64,000 nucleotides of DNA from Octopus vulgaris (Eukaryota): positions 75,516,001-75,580,000 of the forward strand of contig OX597816.1 of assembly GCA_951406725.2 (NCBI GenBank), written 5' to 3'. Below are positions 12,429 to 23,257 of this stretch, piece after piece (position 1 is the stretch's first letter; every line of letters starts with the position of its first letter). A model generated the notes under the pieces. That model was given only the letters and a program-made list of their open reading frames with translations, searched no databases and was not told where the DNA came from. The translations under genes were made by a program, and so were the position numbers.

Positions 12429-15068
12429 TACAAACATATGTGATTGGATTTGGATAATGAAAACACTTGAAGAGATTATGTAGAATTATTGCTGTTTAAC
12501 TCTGTCAGTCTGCTAATGTTTTATGTAAGAAGATAATGTGTAATGCAACAATTAAAGACTATTTATTTATTTATTTATTTATTTATAAGGAAATAAAAGT
12601 TTCTGTATAGCAAGCCTACTATTCATTGAAAATATGTTTAAACATGCTCAATGCTTATGTCATTATCATCAGATTCTTTTAATGTCCACTTTTACATGCA
12701 AGCACAGGTCAAGCAAAACTTGTTGAAACAGATTTTTTTCAGCCAAATGCTCCTCCTCTTTCTAACCCTCATTTGTTTCTAAGCATTGTAATATTTCCCC
12801 ACCTGTTCTTTGAACACCAAACAGTTCAGGCATTTTATAGAAAATTGTAAACAAATGATACTGGTACCTCAATATGGCCAAAGTCCAGCGACTGAAACAA
12901 ACGAAGGAAAAAAATTTTGAAAGATTTGTATGAACAATGACTTTGTTTTCAGTCAGTGTGTAAAAACCATGGCAAAAGGAAGATATAAACACACACGTAT
13001 ACATTTACATACCCTCATACATTTGATACAATAGGCTTCTTTTGGTTTCTGTCTACCACTTAACTCACAATACATTATTTGGCCTGAGACTATATAGTAG
13101 TAGACATTTTTCCTAAGAGTTATGCATTGGGACTGAACTCAGAACCATGTGTGTGTGAAGTGAACTTCTTAACCATACAGCTCTTGCCTGTGCCTTCCTA
13201 ATCACATAGCCATATCTACACTGACACACATACACATTAACAAACCAAGCAGAAACATGTTAATTAAAAAATGTAATTAGGAAGAGAATTGTCTTAGATG
13301 AAATGCAGTTTGGAGTTTTTACCTCACCTCCATCCCAAAGTTGACCTTGGCTGGATTTGGCTCACAGAGCCAGAACAAATACTGCAAAGTATTTTGTCCT
13401 ACACTCTAATGATTATGCCAGTTCACTGTCTTATACCATCATCTTATACCATTGTCTTATACTATTATCATCATTGTCATTTAGCATGGGTCAGATGGAA
13501 TTTGTCGAGGCAGATTTTCTATAGTTGGATGCCCTTGTTGCCAACCTTGTCCCCAAACAGGGTAATAGTACCCCATACCCAGATATATTGTTTCATGGAA
13601 GACTAGAAACAAACATCTCTTGCATGACATTGATGCTTGTTTACAATCATGATGTTAAGACAGGGTACACACAATCATGCACATGCGCGCGCGCATACAC
13701 ACACACACACACACACACATTCACACATTTGATGAGTTTCTTTCAGTTTGCTTCTACCAAAACCATCCACAAGGCTTTGGTTGACTCAGGGCAGAAGACA
13801 CTTGCCCAAGGTGCCATGCAGTGGGACTGAACCTACATAGATACGTATAGAAATAGGAATATTGGTTGGTTCTATTTGTTTCTTTCTACCTTAGTGATTT
13901 GACAATTGCCTATAACTGGATATTTTACTTCTTTTTAGTTTTCTGTATTTTTCTAGAAAATTGTTTCTTTTTTTTATATTTCCTTTTACCTGTAAAGTTA
14001 ATTTGTTTGAGTGCTGAGCTTAAACCAGATTACCACTGGCCTACACTTATTTATGTAATAATGAAAATCTGCTATTTTGCTGAAGAAATGTTAATCTTCT
14101 CTACTGCTGTATTATATTTGCTGGAACATTTGCATTGCAAAGGTGATCTTTTCTAAAGCTGTTCAGCCTTGATCAGTTTCATTCACTTAATGACTTTGGC
14201 AATATGTCTAGATAATGCAAGCTTCATTTACCTTTCTCATAAAAAAAAATAAAATCAATTTAATGTTTTTATTTTCAATTTTCTTTTCTTGCATGTCATT
14301 TAAAAATTTTTTGCTGAAATTTTTCTTTATTATTGAATTTCTGTCTGCTGTTATATAATCAGCTACTAGAATTAGTACTGAATAACTTAAAATTTATTTA
14401 AAGGTTTATCATCAATTCATATAACAGTGGTATTTTTTTTTATTTTATGCAATGCTAGGCAAGCACACTGAAATAGTAGTTTCTTGGTTAAGTTTAAGTA
14501 AGGTCAAAATTTAATATTCTTAGTAGAAGCAGGAAATGGTAGATTTTACATTAATACTTTTTGAAACTATAAATCTAATAAGTAGACTGCTTAACTGTTT
14601 CAGTCAATCAGCAATATGATAAAAACTTAGAGAGGTTTAGTAATATATCTAACTTTATCTCTTTCTTGTTGTTTAGTCAGAAGTTAACCCTGATTGAGCA
14701 GACATTCTGCAGGGGCCATTAAATCTTTTTAGGGCTTCATTATCTCAAATGTACTTCAGCTTTTTACAAAATGGTAGGCTGTTATTAAAGTGATATTTAG
14801 CTGCAGTTTCTAGTAAGTAGAGCGACTATGTAGAGAGAGATTGTTTCATATTTTGCTAGTGTTGATCATCTGTTCATGTTGGAATGAGGTTTGGGAATGA
14901 TTTAATTTCCGTATGATGGGTTGATATTAAAATAGTTAATTATTCTTTTCACTAGGGTGTTAGTGATGTAATAGTTAAGATTGAATCATAGACTTGATTT
15001 TCCGGGTGATTACTTTTTTATAGTGCTGTGTCATATTGAAAATTGGGATTCTAACTTATTTGAATATA

Positions 15069-15430
15069 CAGTAGAACCTTGCAGTGCACCATTGTCTGAA
15101 TAATTTGCTGTACGAGCCGAGGCTCGTGTGAATTTTTGTCTTGAAGTATGGGTGGAAATCCTTAGTATGAGCGAGTTTCATACAAGCGACTGCTAGCTTG
15201 GCCTTGAGCTTGTACGCATTTGCCCAATAAGCACAGCCTCCACTCGCTCAGTTCATGTTTATCTCAATGTAACAGCAGACCTGTTGTGTTTTACCCAGTG
15301 TTTTTTTTTTTAGTTTTGTGAATTTTTTTGCTGTTATTTTATAATAATTAGTTATATTAGCCATGTGTCCTAGTTAAATGTTAAAGAAACATGCGAAGCA
15401 CTCTTCATTAAGGTATCCACTGGCAACTAT
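15069..15430 (+). mobile_element. Probable pogo/Tigger-like transposon 5' fragment
   Basis: TA followed by a CAGTAGAACC terminus and a CpG-richer subterminal tract. No matching right end found. Confidence 0.4.
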
Positions 15431-16896
15431 ATAAATTGAACCATCAAAAATGGATATATTTTGGTTTCAAGGCTGGTTTTTGTTGATTGTTCTTGGTGTA
15501 TCTCTAATAAAATAAAAGATATTAATAGACATTACATTATTTTCTTATGGCAAGCTTGTAAGTCATAGATGACCTATTCTTTTATATAATGTATATAAAA
15601 AAATATGTTAGCTGTGCTAAAGGATTGCTTGTTAACTAATATTCATCCAGAGTTAATGTATCTTCTGATATTTCGTCTATTGTGCTTAATTGCTATTAAC
15701 AATTACCATCCTACTATGTTTATTCCACTTTTTCTTTTTGTTATACATTCATCTAAAATGTACAACTAATTAATTACAGTCTGGATTCTCTGGTCAGATT
15801 CGTTTTGATAATCAATTTCTATTTTGTTTTTTTGTTAATTTTTATAAAGTGTTTTTATTATGAAAGCCTTTATGTTGTTTATACCAACCAAGTCTGAAAT
15901 AAAAGATATTTGTTAAATAGGTTCCTAGATTATTGTTAATTGTTATACTGATATATTTAAGGCATGATACTATTCAAATATTTGGGTCAAACACTGGTTC
16001 CTTCTGTGACTTCCAGAGGCTCTGATATGGATTTATCCATATTAATATCTTAGCAGTTTAGAAGGACCTGCAAAGGTTATGGGCATTGCTTCTCTGCCTC
16101 TGACTATCTTAAATATGTTCACCCCCCCCACTACCTTTGCGGACCATAGGTTGTCTACACTGGTATAGACAAATGAATGATGCATTTACATGAGGTGCAC
16201 TTACATAGGTCAGTGTATTGTGAACATGTGGTGTAGTTAGAGACAGTGTGAGAAGATATAAGCAAAAGACCAATGAAAAATATGATTGGTGGAGGGGAAC
16301 AGATTTTTGTTTCCGTGTTTATCTAATGTTCTTATTGTTTTTAATTTTGAAAGTTTTTTTTTTTAAATAATTGATTCATAACAACCTCCATAACATCTAA
16401 CATAAGATTGTTTATATAGATATTTTTATTTTTAGCTATGTTAATAAAATTATGTAGATACTTTATATGCTCTAGTTGAAATAGAAAGTAGTTTCTTTCA
16501 TTAAGTTTTCTGTCAGTTCATATTTCATGGTTATTTAGATTTTCCAACATTTATTTTTTTCCTATTCAGTGCTCCCAACCCATTTTTGGTATTTATTTAT
16601 ATCATGTATTGAATACTAAGTATGAAAATAGTCCACATTGATTGAACTCTCTCTCTCTCTAATGTTGGTTTACGTGTCAGTAACTTAGTGGTTTGGCAAA
16701 AAAGATATAGAATAAATATCAAGCTTAAAAAAAAGACGTAATTACTGTTCATCTCTGACTAAAACCCTTCAAGATGGTGCTCCAAGATGACTACAGTCCA
16801 GTGACTGAAATATGTAAAAGATATATATTTGTTCATTCATTCACTTGTTTTGCGTCTGTTTTTCCATGCTTGCATGAGTTGGACAAATATGTTGAT

Positions 16897-17034
16897 TTAA
16901 TGTAATAAATAACACACATTCCTCTCACTTATATGTACTATTCATTATATTACATATTCTTCAAGACCAAATTTTTATGAAGCATTCAACAAAACAGAAA
17001 CTTTGAATGATTAAATTTTCAATATCAAATTTAT
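16897..17034 (+). repeat. Dispersed ~135-bp repeat, inverted partner at 24476-24608
   Basis: Aligned by eye to the reverse complement of 24476-24608; shares long exact runs such as ttttatgaagcattcaacaaaa and gaaactttgaatgattaaattttcaatatcaaatttat. Confidence 0.85.
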
Positions 17035-17402
17035 TATTAGATTAAAAAGAAATTAAAAAGATTTGAAATTTTTTTCCCATAGAATAATAAATGGATTTCA
17101 ATATCCACCCTGGCAATCAGTAATTTCTTTATAAAAGAGGACATTTAAGTAAAGACAAGAGGTAAAGCCTACAGAGATCGACACCATTATAAATTTCTGG
17201 AACTTATTTTAAGCAATCTCCTTGATGAAGACAAATATAGCTCCAGTGGAATTTGAACTCAAAATGGAGAAGAATGAAACTAAGTCATGAAATCCATTCA
17301 TTCTAGTGTTCTATATTCTCAGCCATTTTCAGTGCTCTACTTCATTTAAACAATAATTAATAACCACTGTAAACTTTGTTCTCTATAGTTTTGTAGAGTA
17401 TA

Positions 17403-17910
17403 AATTTCAACTAGTTAAGCCATTGTCAGACTGCGATGCATTGATGTTAATCTTGGCTTTATATAGTTTTTGTTGAGGTAAAATCTTCCTTGGATGTGTG
17501 GGTTTGAGTGGAGTGGTAATTATGTGTTAGAGTGGATTGTTATATTACTGTTCATCTCTTTGACTTAGAATTTATTCATGTATATAGAACTTTGTAAGCA
17601 GGTGTGTTTCTTTTGGTTGGTAGTTATATGATATATCAGTGGTTTTAGTCATTTTTGGTTTTATTAGATATAATTCTTTGCTTTGACAATGTAGAGATGA
17701 AAAATATAAAGTCCAGTTTTTAAAAACTTAATGTTTAATAAAAAAAAATTTCTTCAAAACATCACTCCATAACAACCCATCCTAAAACCTAACCACCACT
17801 CCACCCAGACCCATACACCCAAGGAATATTTTAAATCAAAAAGAAATGATATAGAGCCATAATTAACTTCAATGCATCACAATCGGATGATGGCTTAACT
17901 GCTTGGAACT
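17403..17910. mobile_element. Old foldback/MITE-like element with ~130-bp inverted arms
   Basis: 17413-17543 (agttaagccattgtcagactgcgatgcattgatgttaat...) matches the reverse complement of about 17769-17900; mismatches are mostly transitions. Confidence 0.75.
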
Positions 17911-17953
17911 TCAAAGCCTGAAGTTACTGTCAATAATATTGTTTAGGAATAAT

Positions 17954-17986
<33 letters not shown>

Positions 17987-18052
17987 AATTAAAATATTAA
18001 AATATGCTAGGCCACTGGTTTTAATTGATTAATATCAATTCTACCCTTATTA

Positions 18053-18093
<41 letters not shown>

Positions 18094-18096
<3 letters not shown>

Positions 18097-18334
18097 GAAA
18101 GAAGGGCACTCAACACATTTATTGGGAGTTACATGTATAGATCAAAACAGTTTGTGTGTATGTGTACTGTTGGCGATTTTTTTCCTCCGTCTTCCCTTGG
18201 ATCTTTCCTTTTCCTATGTTTCTGATGAAGAGCTCTGCTCGAAACGTTAAATCCTTCTTTCTTTCCTTTCCTGAGCATCCAATAACACTATACTTGTTCC
18301 ACGGTCTCGTGTTGTTGTGTTTTCATGTTTGGAT

Positions 18335-18338
<4 letters not shown>
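18094..18338 (+). mobile_element. Penelope-like or retrozyme-type fragment between (TA)n tracts, carrying a hammerhead motif
   Basis: Contains CTGATGA-A-GAGC-tct-GCTC-GAAACGTT. Its 3' end (ttgttccac...gttgttgtgtttt...tgtttggattaacta) recurs at about 54402-54460 and 54878-54933, each followed by a microsatellite. Confidence 0.65.
18218..18252 (+). ncRNA. Minimal type I hammerhead ribozyme motif
   Basis: Stem I gttt/aaat, core CUGAUGA at 18222-28, stem II GAGC/GCUC, GAAA at 18241, loopless palindromic stem III ACGU, GUU triplet. Activity untested. Confidence 0.7.
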
Positions 18339-18369
<31 letters not shown>

Positions 18370-18775
18370 AAACTCCGAAGTCTCTCACCTTGTGTAATTC
18401 TTCTAGCAAGGACAAGATGACTGTTGTTTTTTTAATATACTTTCCTATGTGTATTGGATACCCTCTCTCTATCTTTTTAAACTATCCTTCCCCCCCTCTC
18501 TCCCTCACACATACACACCTATTAAAAGGAGATGTTTATGTGTTTAAAGCAAAGGGACAGCAGTGGACCAGCTACTTTCTTCTTGTTTTGACTAATCACC
18601 CTATTTAAATAGTGTATCCTATGGAGGATTTTCACTTTCTTTTCTGTATTGATCTGTTTATTTAATGCTCCTTCCTCAATGTTAAGCTCATGTTTTTTTT
18701 ATTTCTTCCTGCTTATCTTTTCCGTACTGATTTTCTTTTTGTTAAAACTTGGCCATTTCCTCTTGATAAACATCC

Positions 18776-20067
18776 GGCACCTGTGTCGGTGGCACATAAA
18801 AACACCATCTGAAGACCCGGCAAGACTAGGCACCTGTGTCGGTGGCACATAAAAACACCATCCGAAGACCCGGCAAGACTAGTCAGGCCATAATCCGTGG
18901 CCCCAACCTGGGACATAGTCAGTCCACCTGTGCATACCTTCCTTCTTGTGACACTTGTGAAGACCTTTTGAGGCAAGTGAAAGTGAAAATCAAAATAAAA
19001 TAGATGAACATCAATGGAATTTGTATCTTTATGGTACCAGTGCTGGTGGCACACAAGAAAACCATCCGAACGTGGCTGTAGCCAGTACCGCATCGACTGG
19101 CCTCCGTGCTGTGGACACGTAACAAACACTATCCGATCATGTCCGTTCGCCAGCCTCATCAGGCACCTGTGTCGGTGGCACATAAAAACACCATCTGAAG
19201 ACCCGGCAAGACTAGTCAGGCCATAACCCGTGGCCCCTACCTGGGACGTAGTCAGTTCACCTGTGCATACCTTCCTTCTTGTGACACTTGTGAAGACCTG
19301 TTGAGGCAAGTGATCAAATCAAAACAAATCAAAATAGATGAACATCAATGGAATTTGTATCTTTGTGGTACCAGTGCCGGTGGCACACAAGAAAACCATC
19401 CGAACGTGGCCGTAGCCAGTACCGCATCGACTGGCCTCCGTGCTGTGGGCACGTAACAAACACCATCCATCTGGCACCTGTGTCGGAGGCACATAAAAAC
19501 ATCATCCGAAGACCCGGCAAGACTAGTCAGGCCATAACCCGTGGCCCCTACCTGGGACGTTGTCAGTTCACCTGTGCATACCTTCCTTCCTTCTTGTGAC
19601 ACTTGTGAAGACCTGTTGAGGCAAGTGAAAATCAAATCAAATCAAATCAAAATAGATGAACATCAATGGAATTTGTATCTTTGTGGTACCAGTGCCGGTG
19701 ACACACAAGAAAACCATCCGAACGTGGCCGTAGCCAGTACCGCATCGACTGGCCTCCGTGCTGTGGGCACGTAAGAAACACCATCCGATCGTGGCCATTC
19801 GCCAGCCTCGTCTGGCACCTGTGCCGGTGGCACATAAAAACACCATCCGAGCGTGGCCGTTCGCCAGCCTCGTCTGGCACCTGTGTCGGTGGCACATAAA
19901 ATCACCCACTACACTCTCGGAGTGGTTGGCGTTAGGAAGGGCATCCAGCTGTAGAAACACTGCCAGATCTGACTGGCCTGGTGCAGCCTTTGGGCTCCCC
20001 AGACCCCAGTTGAACCGTCCAACCCATGCTAGCATGGAAAGCGGACATTAAATGATGATGATGATGA
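18776..20067 (+). mobile_element. RTE-related short element with (GAT)n tail, preceded by a tandem array of its 5' region
   Basis: Three ~310-335-bp units (marker atagatgaacatcaatgg at about 19000, 19334 and 19652) and ~60-bp subunits, then the body ggaagggcatccagctgtagaaac...ccatgctagcatggaaagcggac and a GAT tail. Other body copies near 9050, 22165, 29085, 30888, 36870, 55690, 58172, 62000 and 62398. Confidence 0.85.
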
Positions 20068-20133
20068 AACACTATTTACTCATAACAGTAGGAGAACATT
20101 TATATTATGATTGATATTCATTACACCATGCAG

Positions 20134-20294
20134 TATACATTATTTACATTTGATGGATATTTGTCCTCATCTTGTTTGTTGTTAACTATACCATATGCCC
20201 ACGGGCATATGGCTTAGTAGCCATATGGCATATGGCTACTAACCCCAAGATTCCGAGTTCGATTCCACGCAGTGACCTGAATAATAATAGTCAG

Positions 20295-20325
<31 letters not shown>

Positions 20326-20474
20326 TCATAAAATACCTTAGGAACTAGAACCCAGGTTCAAAATTTCCTTAAGACACCTGATGAAGGCTGGAGGGTATAT
20401 CAGCTGAAGCGTGTTAACAACAAACAAGATCAGGACAAATATCTGTCAAATGTCAATAAGGTAAATAATGTACA
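20134..20474 (+). mobile_element. tRNA-headed element with decayed hammerhead and inverted copy of its own tail
   Basis: A box TGGCTTAGTAG (20210) and B box GAGTTCGATTCC (20255). CTGATGA-A-GGCTG...CAGCT-GAAG at 20378-20409. 20146-20186 is the reverse complement of 20413-20453. Confidence 0.7.
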
Positions 20475-21509
20475 TAATTCGTCTTCTCTTAAATCTACAA
20501 CTGTACCATGCAATATGTGGTATAATCTACTGTTCTTTTGCTGACTTCACTTATGGCTGTGACCATACTGGGGCACCACTTTTGAAGGTTTTTAGTCAAT
20601 CGTATCAATCCTATTAACTCAGTTGACCATTTCTTTTATCAGCCTCTATATAATGAATTGCTAAATTTGTGTTTTCACATTAACATCTTCCTATTTGTGT
20701 GTATGTATATATGTGTGTTTGTCTGTGTGTGTATGTAACCATATCATCATTGTTTTAACATCTACTTTTCACATATATATGTCAAACAGAATTCATTGGA
20801 CATATTTTCTGTGGCTGGATGCCCTTTCTGTTACTAATCATCACCTGTTTCTATGTAAAGTAATATAGTCCGTTTTGGTTGGACATGTTTTCATGGAAGG
20901 TTGGAAACAAAAGAAATCACATTTATGGCTGAAATTGTTTACCTCTATTGCACAAAACACAGAGACAGACACACATGCATGCGATAAGCTTCCTGAGTTT
21001 CCATCTGAGAAATCTACTCACAAGGCTTAGGTAGACTTGTGGCTATAGGTAGACTTGAGGCTATAGACCTTTGCCCAAGCTGACATGCATTGAGACTGAA
21101 CCTAAAACCAGGTAGTTGGGAAGCCACACAATCATGCCTGTGTTTAGTGCATGCATGCACACACACTTTTTTTCTTGAAGATTGTTTTCCCAACTCTTGT
21201 TTCATGGTTCATGACAAGTACTATTTTTTCACCAAGGCAGTACTGCATTCCATGCTTAACAGAATGTTTATAAACTGTTTCCAACTTGTCACACATCTAT
21301 ACTAAGTCTAAGAAGATACAAAATTGTGATAGACCAGTTTCTGCGTATGTTTTCTTAACTTCAATTTGCTGCAAAACTAAACTTCACAGCCAAGTTATGG
21401 GTATTTATCTATTTTACTTAGTCAGAAGAAACAGAACAGTACGGTGCAGGTTCTCTTAGGTTTAAATAAACCTAGATAATAGAATTTGTAACTTTTTTGT
21501 TTTCTTTTT

Positions 21510-21564
<55 letters not shown>

Positions 21565-21734
21565 GGTTGAGTGAAGCTAATGAAGTTATTTAGTGTAAAT
21601 GTTTTTAGGTTACTGATTCATTGGAAAACATAAGAGAAAAATGTAGTTTTATGAATTATCACCATGGTAAAAATGAAAGAAACAGTTTTAATGTGTGTCA
21701 TTGCAGGTGAATGTAGTATAATCAATAAGTTCAA

Positions 21735-21947
21735 CCCTTTCGTTACCATATTTATTTTGAGATGCTCTGTGTTTCTTTCAATTAATCTTAAATGTAACCA
21801 AGAATTATAACTCAAGTTATAATTAAGCTAGTGTCAGGAACATAAATTGTGACTCAGGTTTGGTGGAAGATTTTAATTCAAAACTTATGAGAACAAGATA
21901 TTTGTACTACTGCACCAGAGGTGTTCTCAGTATTGATATTGAAAGGG
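21735..21947. mobile_element. piggyBac-like MITE
   Basis: (tcaa)CCCTTTCG...TGAAAGGG(ttaa): CCC/GGG ends with a TTAA-type target, left copy mutated. Confidence 0.7.
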
Positions 21948-23111
21948 TTAAGGAAGTAGTGACCATCCTTGTCATTGTAAAAAGGGGAGAACACCCAAAT
22001 AGCTAGAATGTGTTGGTGTGGAAATGTCTGTTCATCAGGTAGTTTTCCTTTTTCTTTTCCTGAGACATTGGTACCTGATTGGTAGGTACAGCATTCCAGA
22101 TGTATGAGTGGTACTATATCATATGGTGTGTGTTTAATCAACAATTATTTATTTTCTGTATTTTATCATCATCATTTAACATCCATACTCCATGTTGGCA
22201 TGGTTGGACAGTTTGACATTAACTGATGTGTCCAATGACAATATTGAGTTTCAATGTCTGCTTGGTGTTGCTTTTATGGCTGGATGCTCTTCCTAATGCC
22301 AACCACTTAGTGTGGACTGGGTGCTATTTTTGTACCACCAGCACTACTGAGGTTGCCCTGCAGTTTACAGGACTATAAGTCCTGGGGTAGGTGGTGCGGG
22401 TCAGTTTCAGAAGTCAAAACCTTTTCTGTGTATGGGAATTGTGTTTGGCTGCCATGCGAAATGATCAGATTGTAAGATCAATATTTGTAGGGAATGTGAT
22501 GGTTTTTATCTGTGAGTTGTTCATGAGTAGTGAGAAAGTAATTTTGCAGGTTCACTTTTTAGGTTTTAGAGTGTGGCTCAAATGTTAAACTTGAATTGAA
22601 GGATGTTTGGCAGGATATCCTTGTCTAGCAGAAGTTTCTGAAGCTTGTGGGTAATGTCTCATTCTGGTTTAGCTCTGTGTCTCTAATCTTTTCTTTTAGG
22701 TGATAGCTTTCCTGCTAATTTCTTTCTTAGTAACCATATTCATTCACCAGTTCAGTTCTCTACTCATTGTCTCCTTTATTTTGACTCCAACCAGTCATCT
22801 TCTCTCATAACCAGGTACTCTTTTTGTGGTTTTTGTTAAGCCTATGCTCAAATCAACTTACCAGCGTAGTTCAGATTTTCATAGCTGATAAATTGCTCTG
22901 TTCATTTGAAGACATCCAGATTAAAATGATACTTTCTAGCACTTTTAGAACATTATTTGGTGTTTAGTAATTTGCTCAAAATAAATTTATATAAAAAAAG
23001 AAAAAATGTTTGGATGCATGATTTCTACACATCTAACATTGATTATGTTAAAGTATTGAAGATAACATATCATTCTTTCACTCACTTTCTTCTGTATTTT
23101 TTGTCTTGTAG

Positions 23112-23257
23112 AGTTCACTGGAGTACATAACTTTTGCTGCCATATCAAAAATGATTGCTGCTGCAGCAACATATCCATACCAAGTTGTTCGATCACGGCT
23201 TCAAGACCAACATGCATCCTATGTGAGTTGTAGAGACGTCATAGAAAAAACATGGAG
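23112..23257 (+). CDS. SLC25A32: SLC25A32-like exon, helix 5 and third signature
   Basis: Acceptor tttttgtcttgtag, donor GAG|gtaagc. Encodes [48 protein letters not shown](R); [15 protein letters not shown] is characteristic of the family. Confidence 0.96.

Noticed and set aside
18776-19905. Repeat-spacer appearance resembling a CRISPR array
   Set aside because: The spacers are themselves repeated, spacing is irregular, there are no cas genes, and the context is a eukaryotic intron.
18713-20051. Cluster of overlapping 70-198 aa ORFs
   Set aside because: They are translations of a GC-richer tandem repeat and SINE body; the same peptides recur at other copies and no domain is recognisable.
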